From Thermoleophilaceae bacterium (GTDB lineage: Bacteria; Actinomycetota; Thermoleophilia; Solirubrobacterales; Thermoleophilaceae), in the NCBI GenBank assembly GCA_036389295.1, contig DASVQB010000008.1, forward strand, positions 77,674 to 101,673: a stretch of 24,000 nt of DNA. The letters run 5' to 3'. A program made the position numbers and the translations under genes. The notes beneath the pieces are model-generated. The model saw only the letters and a list, made by a program, of their open reading frames with translations, did no database searches and was not told the DNA's origin. Below, piece after piece: positions 1 through 6,480 of the stretch (within the stretch, counting starts at the first letter, position 1; every line of letters starts with the position of its first letter).

Positions 1-716
1 CGAGCGGCCTCTCTGGCGACGGTCGGACGCTCGTCCTCATGCGCGTCGACAACCCGGACCCGCGACGCCGCACGACGATGGCCATCGTCGATCCCGCCAC
101 GCTCCGCATCGCCGACACCGTCACGCTTCGCGGACAGTTCGGCTTCGACGCGATCTCGCCCGACGGCAGGAGCCTGTACCTGGTCCAGTATCGGTCGCCG
201 CGCGATCCGAAGGACTACGCGGTCCGCGCCTACGACGCGCGTCGCGACCGGTTGCTCCCCGCCGAGATCGTCGACCCGCGCAAGCCGGACGAGAAGATGC
301 AGGGGACGCCGATCACCCGAACCGGCCGCCCGGACGGCCGCTGGGCCTACACGCTCTACGACGGGTCCGAGCACCCGTTCGTCCACGCGCTGGACACCGC
401 CGCGGGCAAGGCGTACTGCATCGATCTCGACTGGCTGTCCGGTCGGCCCGACCTCTACGACCTGCGACTCTCGCTCGGCGGACCGGCCGCCAGGACGCTG
501 ACGGTGAGCAAGTCAGCGAAGCCGGTCGCGCTCGTCGACACGCGGACCCTCCGGGCGAGCGTCCCGAAGCCCGCTGACGGAGCATCCGCCGACCGGCACA
601 GTCCGGACGGACGGTCGTGGCCGCTGCTCGGGATCGCGGCCGCGGCCCTCCTGGCCTCCGTCGCCGCAGCCGCGGGCGTGCGCCGGCGGCGCCCGCCGGC
701 TCACGGCGCCGCATGA
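1..716 (+). CDS. hypothetical exported protein, 3' part only (5' end lies upstream of the window), with a C-terminal membrane anchor
   Basis: The frame is open from nt 3 (..SGDGRTLVLMRVD..), so the ATG at 39 is internal. GC3 is high. It has SPDGR/PDGRW motifs of the beta-propeller type. The C-terminus is a hydrophobic helix (WPLLGIAAAALLASVAAAAG) followed by RRRR. The stop TGA at 714-716 overlaps the next ATG (ATGA). Confidence 0.6.
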   Translation, partial: SGLSGDGRTLVLMRVDNPDPRRRTTMAIVDPATLRIADTVTLRGQFGFDAISPDGRSLYLVQYRSPRDPKDYAVRAYDARRDRLLPAEIVDPRKPDEKMQGTPITRTGRPDGRWAYTLYDGSEHPFVHALDTAAGKAYCIDLDWLSGRPDLYDLRLSLGGPAARTLTVSKSAKPVALVDTRTLRASVPKPADGASADRHSPDGRSWPLLGIAAAALLASVAAAAGVRRRRPPAHGAA

Positions 717-1807
717 GGCGAACCTCCTCGCTCGCGGCGGCCGCGGCCTGCGCCGCGGGGGCGGCATGCCTCGCCGCGGGCGGCGGCGGCGATGCCCGGT
801 TCGTGCGCGCGGCCGCGACCAGCCGGACGAGCACGACCGCCGTCCGCGCGGCCCAGACCGGACGAACCGACGCCACCGTCGTGCGCGCGGCCGCCGCCGG
901 CCGAACGAGTATGACCACCGTGCGCGCAATCCTGACCGGCCGGCCGAGCACCACCGCCGTGCGCACGGCGCCGACCGGGCGGACAAACGCCACCGTCGTG
1001 AGCGCGGCCGCTGCCGGCCGGCCGAGCACCTCCCCCGCGCGCCCAACCCCGGCCGCCCAGCCGACCGCGACCGTCGCCGCGCTAAAGCACCCCCCCAACC
1101 CACCCGGCCGCCCCCGCCTCGACACCAACCGCCGCTTCGGGCTCTCGACAGAGCGACGCCCGCTCCTCGTCAGCGCCTTCGGCACCTGGGGGACCAGGCC
1201 GAAGGTCCTCGTCGTCGGCTGCATCCACGGCACCGAGTGCGCCGGCAACGCGATCGCGCGGCGCGTGATCTACGGCTGCCCGCCCGTCGACGGCGACGTG
1301 TGGGTCATCCGCGACCTGAACCCCGACGGCCGCCGCCTCGGCACGCGCCTCAACGGCCGCGGCGTCGACCTGAACCGCAACTTCCCGACCGGATGGCGCG
1401 CGAACGGCACGCGCGGCGACCCGCAGTACCCCGGCCCGCGACCGCTCTCCGAGCCCGAGTCGCGGGCGGCGACCAACCTGATCCGGTGGCTCCGGCCGAC
1501 CATCACGATCTGGTACCACCAGGGCGAGGGCCCGTACGTCCGCGCCTGGGGCGGGAGCGTCGCCGCCGCCCGGCGCTACGCGACCGCGGCCGGCCTCCCG
1601 TTCCGGGAAATGCCGTGGCTGGCCGGCACCGCGCCGCACTGGCAGAACAGCCGCTTCCCCGGGACGAGCTCGTTCGTGGTCGAGCTGCCGGCCGGCCGCA
1701 CGACCGACGCAGCCGCGATGCGCCACGCCGCCGCCGTCGAGCGGCTCGCCGGCTACCGGGGGGCGAACCGGATCGGGATGAGAGGATCGTCAGCGGCTGC
1801 TCGATGA
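713..1807 (+). CDS. M14-family zinc carboxypeptidase / murein-peptide amidase-like protein with a signal peptide and a repeat linker
   Basis: M14 signatures are present: VVGCIHGTECAG (HxxE zinc ligands), DLNPDG, GVDLNRNF, and the third His in ITIWYHQGEG. The N-terminus MRRTSSLAAAAACAAGAAC looks like a signal or possible lipoprotein peptide. The ATG at 713 forms ATGA with the upstream stop. The stop at 1805-1807 overlaps the next ATG. Confidence 0.8.
   Translation: MRRTSSLAAAAACAAGAACLAAGGGGDARFVRAAATSRTSTTAVRAAQTGRTDATVVRAAAAGRTSMTTVRAILTGRPSTTAVRTAPTGRTNATVVSAAAAGRPSTSPARPTPAAQPTATVAALKHPPNPPGRPRLDTNRRFGLSTERRPLLVSAFGTWGTRPKVLVVGCIHGTECAGNAIARRVIYGCPPVDGDVWVIRDLNPDGRRLGTRLNGRGVDLNRNFPTGWRANGTRGDPQYPGPRPLSEPESRAATNLIRWLRPTITIWYHQGEGPYVRAWGGSVAAARRYATAAGLPFREMPWLAGTAPHWQNSRFPGTSSFVVELPAGRTTDAAAMRHAAAVERLAGYRGANRIGMRGSSAAAR
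806..1039 (+). repeat. six tandem 39-bp units inside the M14 gene, encoding 13-aa repeats with consensus R-A-A-x-T-G-R-(T/P)-(S/D/N)-x-T-x-V
   Basis: I read the units directly: 806-844, 845-883, 884-922, 923-961, 962-1000 and 1001-1039. Each begins CGC/AGC GCG GCC and ends ACC G(C/T)C GTG. They are in frame and lie between the signal peptide and the catalytic domain. Confidence 0.85.
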
Positions 1808-2406
1808 CCGCGATCGCCGTATCCGTCTCGTTCGCCATCCGGGCGACGCTCGGCGCCGCCGCGGGAGACGCGGCCCGCCCAGGCCCGGACCGCCGCGAGC
1901 GCGCACTCGTCCGCGACGCGCAGAACGGCTCGTCCGAGGCGCTCGAGCTCCTCTTCCGCCGGCACTGGCGCACCACGCACCGCGCGGCGTACCTCGTCGT
2001 CCACGACTCCGCGGCGGCCGAGGACATCGCCCAGGAGGCGTTCCTCGCCGCGATCCGCGCGCTCGACCGCTTCGACCGTCGCCGCCCCTTCGGCCCGTGG
2101 CTCAACCGCATCGCCGTCAACCGCGCGATCGACTGGTCGCGCGCGCGGGCGCTGCGCGGCGAGGTCGCCGCGGACGCCGCGCCGGAGCCGGCCGGCCCGC
2201 CCCCGGCCGAGCGCTCGGAGGAGCTGGTCGCCGCGCTCGCGGCGCTGTCGCCCGAGCACCGCGCGGTGGTCGTGCTGCGCTACCTGCTCGAGTACACGCC
2301 CGGCGAGATCGCGCAGCTGCTGGACCTGCCGCGCGGCACCGTCAACTCGCGTCTGCGGCGGGCGCTCGACGGGCTCGGCTCGGGCCTCTCGGAGGACCCG
2401 CGATGA
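1804..2406 (+). CDS. ECF-type RNA polymerase sigma-70 family factor
   Basis: Region 2 reads EDIAQEAFLAAIRALDRFDRRRPFGPWLNRIAVNRAIDW. Region 4 HTH reads VVVLRYLLEYTPGEIAQLLDLPRGTVNSRLRRAL. The ATG at 1804 overlaps the upstream TGA (ATGA). The stop at 2404-2406 overlaps the next ATG. Confidence 0.85.
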   Translation: MTAIAVSVSFAIRATLGAAAGDAARPGPDRRERALVRDAQNGSSEALELLFRRHWRTTHRAAYLVVHDSAAAEDIAQEAFLAAIRALDRFDRRRPFGPWLNRIAVNRAIDWSRARALRGEVAADAAPEPAGPPPAERSEELVAALAALSPEHRAVVVLRYLLEYTPGEIAQLLDLPRGTVNSRLRRALDGLGSGLSEDPR

Positions 2407-3629
2407 GCGACCGGGAGCTCCGCGAGCGCATTCGCGAGGTGACGGTCCCCGGCGAGCGCGAGGCGGAGGAGCGCAGCTGGCGCGTCGTGGAGGCCGCCTT
2501 CGCGGAGCGCGCCGCCGTGCGACCCACGCGCATGCGCGCCCGCGCGCGGGTCGCCCTGGCCGCGGCCGCGATCGCGCTCCTGGGACTCGCGCTGCCCGCT
2601 ACCGGCGCGGGCGACTGGCTGCGCGACCTGGTCCGGCCGGGACGCGACCACGCGAGGCCGGCGCTCTCCTCCGTCCCCGGCGGCGGCCGCCTGCTCGTGA
2701 CCTCCGCGGACGGGCCGTGGATCGTCAGGCCGGACGGGTCGAAGCGCCTGCTCGGGCGCTACGACGAGGCGTCGTGGTCGCCGCACGGGCTGTTCGTCGT
2801 CGCGACGCAGGGCCGCCAGCTCGTCGCGCTCGAGCCGGGCGGGCGCGTCCGGTGGACCCTCGCGCGCCCGCACTCCGTCGGCGACGCGCGCTGGTCGCCG
2901 AGCGGCTTCCGCATCGCCTACCTGACCGCGGGCTCGCTCAGGATCGTCGCGGGCGACGGCACGGGCGACCGGCGGCTCGTCCGCTCGGTCGCGCCGGTCG
3001 CGCCCGCGTGGCGGCCGGCCCGGGGAGGGGCCCACGTGCTCGCCTACGCCGGCCGCGACGGGCGCGTCCACGTGGTCGTCGCCGACACGAACGCGTCGCT
3101 CTGGCGCTCTCCGCCCGGCGAGACGCCGACGCAGCTGCTCTGGTCCGCCGACGGCGCACGGCTCGCGGCGGTCGGCCCGAGGTCGATCCGCGTCTTCGGC
3201 GCCGGCGGGCGGCCGATCCGCACGCTGCCGGTCGCGGACGCTCGCGCGGCTGCGTTCGCCGGGCACGGCCGCGACCTGGCGTTGATCCGCGCCGGCCGGA
3301 TCGACGACCAGTCCGAGGTCGTCGTGCTGAACCCCGACCGGCCGGGCCGCTCCGAGCGCGTCGTGTTCTCCGGCTCGGGCGCGCTCGGCGACCTCGCGTG
3401 GTCGCCGGACGACCGCTGGCTCCTGATCGGCTGGCCGAGCGCCGACCAGTGGCTGTTCGTCCGCCCGCACGGCGCCCCGAGGGTCGTCGCCGTCTCCGAC
3501 GTCGGCCGCCAGTTCAGCCCCGGCGCCGGCGGCCGGCCGGGCTTCCCGGCGGTCGGCGGGTGGTGCTGCCCCGCCCCGCCCCCTACACCTCCATCCGCGC
3601 CACCACGTCGTACACCTCGGTCCCGGTGA
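2403..3629 (+). CDS. putative membrane-spanning anti-sigma factor with an extracytoplasmic PD40/TolB-like beta-propeller domain
   Basis: Its position is immediately 3' of the ECF sigma, with an ATGA overlap. It has a short cytoplasmic N-terminus and one TM helix (VALAAAAIALLGLALPA). Repeated WSPHG / WSPSG / WSADG / WSPDD motifs are typical of PD40 blades. The anti-sigma role is inferred from context only. Confidence 0.6.
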   Translation: MSDRELRERIREVTVPGEREAEERSWRVVEAAFAERAAVRPTRMRARARVALAAAAIALLGLALPATGAGDWLRDLVRPGRDHARPALSSVPGGGRLLVTSADGPWIVRPDGSKRLLGRYDEASWSPHGLFVVATQGRQLVALEPGGRVRWTLARPHSVGDARWSPSGFRIAYLTAGSLRIVAGDGTGDRRLVRSVAPVAPAWRPARGGAHVLAYAGRDGRVHVVVADTNASLWRSPPGETPTQLLWSADGARLAAVGPRSIRVFGAGGRPIRTLPVADARAAAFAGHGRDLALIRAGRIDDQSEVVVLNPDRPGRSERVVFSGSGALGDLAWSPDDRWLLIGWPSADQWLFVRPHGAPRVVAVSDVGRQFSPGAGGRPGFPAVGGWCCPAPPPTPPSAPPRRTPRSR

Positions 3630-3876
3630 CCTGGTGCCCGACGTCGCTCGCCGCCTCCTCGCGGAGGTGCGCGACCCGCTTGTCGCTCGCGTCGGCAGCC
3701 TCGGGGGTCGACCAGAGGGCGACGGTCATCGCCCGGCCGGTGCTCGAGTCGAAGAGCAGGTAGGAGCCCGCGAAGCCGTCGAGCTCCTGCACCGCCTGGG
3801 TGCTCCGCTCGAACGCCTGCGTGACCTCCTGCTCCCGGCCCGGCGAGCCCTCGTACGTGCTGACGCGTGCGACCAT
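3583..3876 (-). CDS. small ABM / dimeric alpha-beta-barrel (antibiotic biosynthesis monooxygenase-like) protein
   Basis: The 97-aa product MVARVSTYEG...LDGFAGSYLLFDSSTGRAMTVALWSTPEAADAS fits the ABM-fold pattern. The ATG at 3876 is preceded on the '-' strand by AAAGGGGGA (nt 3880-3888), a strong Shine-Dalgarno sequence. I reject the longer track start at 3954. Confidence 0.6.
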   Translation of the reverse strand: MVARVSTYEGSPGREQEVTQAFERSTQAVQELDGFAGSYLLFDSSTGRAMTVALWSTPEAADASDKRVAHLREEAASDVGHQVTGTEVYDVVARMEV

Positions 3877-4004
3877 CGGTCCCCCTTTCGCGCTTCGGCT
3901 TTGCGGCGCGACCCTACTCGGCGGGGCGGCCGCGTGCCGCGGGCGAGAGGGCACGGGCGCGCCGCGCGCCGCATCCTTCGCCCCCGTCGCGGGTTCCGTC
4001 GTCC

Positions 4005-5483
4005 ATGCCGGGGTGGCGGGTGCGACGTGGGGGGCTGGCCGTGGCGGCCGTCGCCTCTGGCCTGCTCGCCGCCCCGGCCGCAGCCTCCCCCACGACGGTC
4101 GGCACCGCCACGGCGCCCCTCGCCGGCGGCCCGCGCCTCGCCGGCGACAGCCTCCTCTACAGCGAGCGCGGCTCGAGGCGGATCGTCCTCCGGCTCGCGA
4201 CCGCCGGCGCCGATCCCCGCAAGCTCCGCAGCGAGCCGGTGCCGGCCCCGCCGAACGAGGAGGAGGAGTCCCCGGGTGACTTCGAGTCGAGCAACTCGGC
4301 CCTCGCCGCCTCGGGCGAGCGGCTCGCCTACGCGCTGGCGACCACCGTCGGCAACGCCCGCTACCAGCAGGGCCGCTCGACCGTCACGCTGCTCGGCGGC
4401 ACCCTCGCCGGCCCGTTCGGCGAGGCGTCGACCTGCTCGAGCGAGGGCATCTACGGGCCCGCCTCGTCGACGGTCGACGTCGACGGCCCGCGCGTCGCCT
4501 CCACCGACTGCGTCGGCCGGATCGTGGTCCGCGACTACGGCGCCGGCCCCGAGCCGGTCGTCGCGACCCTCGCGCCGAGCCAGGGCCTCGCCGCCAGCGA
4601 CCTCGCCCTGGCCGGCGACCTCGTCGCCTTCAACGCCTACGGGATCGGCCCGAGCGGCAGCTCGGCGCCGACCACCGAGGTCTACGACTGGCGCACCGGC
4701 ACACGGCTCTACGCCGTCCCCCGCGCGACGAGCTTCGACCTCCAGCCGGACGGCACGCTCGCGACCGCGCGCGCCGGCGACGCCTCCTGCGACGGCGGCA
4801 GGCTGACGTGGTCCTCGCCGGCGGAGCCGGTCGAGCACGTGCTGCCGGCCTCGCCGTGCCGGGGCGACGTGAAGCTCGCGGGCGGCCGGATCGCCACCGT
4901 CGTGCGCAGCGGCGCCGGCCCGCGCAGGACGCTGGCGCTGATCGCGCTCGACGGCGCGCAGATCGACGCGGCGGACCTCGGTCCGCTCGGCATGCAGGAG
5001 GGCGAGATCGACTACGACGGACGGAGCGTCGCGTACGCCCTGCGCGACTGCTCGAACGGCTCGGACCTGCTCCGCGAGTCGGCCGCCGTCCCCGCGCCCC
5101 GCGACGAGCCGACGGCGTGCGAGACGCGGATCCGCTCCCCGCGCGCGAACCTCGCCCGAGGCACGAGTTCGGTGGCGATCCCGATCGGCTGCCCGGACGG
5201 CTGCTTCGGCGTCCTCGCGCTCCGGGCGCGCGTCGGCCGGCACGTCGAGCCGATCGGCCAGGCGCAGGTGCTCGTCCGGCCGGTCGCGCCCTGCGGGCCG
5301 TCCCAGGAGCTCGCGACCGTCACCCTCGCCCGCGCCGCGCGCGACGCCATTCGCGCCCGCGGCGAGCTGACCGCCCTCGCCGCGCTCCGAACGCGCGACC
5401 GCGACGGCCGCGACCGCGCGACCAAGCGCCGGATCGTCCTGCGGGCCGCCGGCTCGAGCGCCCGCGGCGCCCAGGCCTGCTAG
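4005..5483 (+). CDS. secreted hypothetical protein, Cys-containing, of no family I recognise
   Basis: The ATG at 4005 gives the signal-peptide-like MPGWRVRRGGLAVAAVASGLLAAPAAAS. GC3 is high throughout. No recognisable catalytic motifs are present. The track start at 3867 would add an Arg/Pro-rich leader that overlaps the divergent promoter region. Confidence 0.55.
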   Translation: MPGWRVRRGGLAVAAVASGLLAAPAAASPTTVGTATAPLAGGPRLAGDSLLYSERGSRRIVLRLATAGADPRKLRSEPVPAPPNEEEESPGDFESSNSALAASGERLAYALATTVGNARYQQGRSTVTLLGGTLAGPFGEASTCSSEGIYGPASSTVDVDGPRVASTDCVGRIVVRDYGAGPEPVVATLAPSQGLAASDLALAGDLVAFNAYGIGPSGSSAPTTEVYDWRTGTRLYAVPRATSFDLQPDGTLATARAGDASCDGGRLTWSSPAEPVEHVLPASPCRGDVKLAGGRIATVVRSGAGPRRTLALIALDGAQIDAADLGPLGMQEGEIDYDGRSVAYALRDCSNGSDLLRESAAVPAPRDEPTACETRIRSPRANLARGTSSVAIPIGCPDGCFGVLALRARVGRHVEPIGQAQVLVRPVAPCGPSQELATVTLARAARDAIRARGELTALAALRTRDRDGRDRATKRRIVLRAAGSSARGAQAC

Positions 5484-5740
5484 CGCCCCGCGCGCCACCC
5501 CCGGAACGCGGCCAGGAGCTCGTCCCGCAGCGCGTCCGGCACCGACTCCTCGGGCAGCCGCCCGAGCGCCCGCACGGTCGCGCGCATCTGCTCCACGTAC
5601 TCGACGCACCCCGGGCAGGCCGCCACGTGCTCCTCGAACCGCACCCGGTCCTCGTCCGGGAGCCGCCCCTCCAGGTAGTCGGTCACGAGCTCCACGAGCT
5701 CGCGGCAGGTCATCTCGACGGGCGCTTGCAGGCCGCTCAC
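5480..5740 (-). CDS. soluble zinc-finger (zf-HC2, HxxxCxxC) anti-sigma factor, RsrA/RshA-like
   Basis: The EEHVAACPGCVEYVEQ motif is H-x3-C-x2-C. It is about 86 aa with no TM helix. The GTG at 5740 overlaps the sigma gene stop (GTGA). An alternative ATG lies at 5713. Confidence 0.8.
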   Translation of the reverse strand: MSGLQAPVEMTCRELVELVTDYLEGRLPDEDRVRFEEHVAACPGCVEYVEQMRATVRALGRLPEESVPDALRDELLAAFRGWRAGR

Positions 5741-6387
5741 GATCCAGGCTCCTCGGAATCCTCGAAGTGGCGCTCGAGCGCCGCGCGGACCTTGGAGCGG
5801 GCCCGGTGCAGGAGCACCCGCTGGTTGGTCTCGCTCAGCTCGAGCACGTTACAGACCTCACGCGCGTCCCAGCCCTCGACGTCGCGCAGCACGATCACGT
5901 CCCGCTGACCGCGCGGGAGCGCCGCGATCGCGGAGAGCATCGCGTCGCGCGCCTCGGCGCCGATCAGCCGCTCCTCGGGCGACTCCCACCGCTCCGGCGG
6001 CAGCGCCCACCAGCCGGGCAGCGTCTCGGCGTCGGGCGGCTGGAACCGGTCCTCGTCCACGGCCCGCCCGTCGTCGTCCGCCGAGCCGCCGCGGCGGCGG
6101 AACAGGGCGAACGGGACGATCCGCCGCTCGCGCTGGCCGCGCGTCTTCGCCTTGTTGAGCAGGATGCGGAAGATCCACGTCCGGAGCGACGAGCGGCGCT
6201 CGAACCGGTCGAGCCCCTGGAGCACGGCGAGCCAGGTCTCCTGGACGACCTCCTCGGCGACCGAGCGGCTCGGCACGTGCATCTGCGCGAGCCGCAGGAG
6301 CGCCGGCCCGAGCGACTCGACGAGCGACGCGAAGGCCTGCTCGTCGCCGCGCTGGAGCGCCGCGATCAGCCGGTCGTCGTCGTCCAT
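5737..6387 (-). CDS. ECF-type sigma-70 family factor with a long sigma2-sigma4 linker
   Basis: This is the 3' 651 nt of the 1293-aa track ORF. Region 2 reads AEEVVQETWLAVLQGLDRFERRSSLRTWIFRILLNKA. Region 4 reads VIVLRDVEGWDAREVCNVLELSETNQRVLLHRARSKV. An acidic or Trp-rich linker of about 50 aa (..PGWWALPPERW..) separates them. The ATG at 6387 is the first plausible start. Confidence 0.85.
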   Translation of the reverse strand: MDDDDRLIAALQRGDEQAFASLVESLGPALLRLAQMHVPSRSVAEEVVQETWLAVLQGLDRFERRSSLRTWIFRILLNKAKTRGQRERRIVPFALFRRRGGSADDDGRAVDEDRFQPPDAETLPGWWALPPERWESPEERLIGAEARDAMLSAIAALPRGQRDVIVLRDVEGWDAREVCNVLELSETNQRVLLHRARSKVRAALERHFEDSEEPGS

Positions 6388-6480
6388 CCACGCCGGATCG
6401 TCGCACACGGCGGCCCGCGCCCGCGACCGTCCCGCGGAGGTCCCGCGCCCGCCGCCCGCGCCCGTTAAGGTGACCGGTGA

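Noticed and set aside
766-2406. A 546-aa '+' ORF. The chimeric '+' ORFs 617-1807, 2097-3629, 16972-19797, 18606-20537 and 15440-16324 are the same kind of case.
   Set aside because: Each has a real gene only in its 3' part: sigma, M14, anti-sigma, bioF, bioD and the BCCP-like gene. The 5' parts are out-of-frame read-through over the preceding gene. I reset the starts to codons that form ATGA/GTGA overlaps or follow a Shine-Dalgarno sequence.
3726-5609. A 627-aa ORF on the '-' strand.
   Set aside because: It is antisense to the secreted-protein gene and overlaps the ABM and anti-sigma genes. Its composition is dominated by R/A/G/P and it has no motifs, so I treat it as a GC artefact.
6388-6480. 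A possible autoregulatory ECF promoter upstream of the second sigma gene. GGGAC elements are followed by CGTGT about 19 nt later on the '-' strand.
   Set aside because: The spacing and sequence do not fit the usual GGAAC-N16/17-CGT type or the GGAAT-N18-GTT type well enough. In 75% GC DNA, matches of this quality arise by chance.
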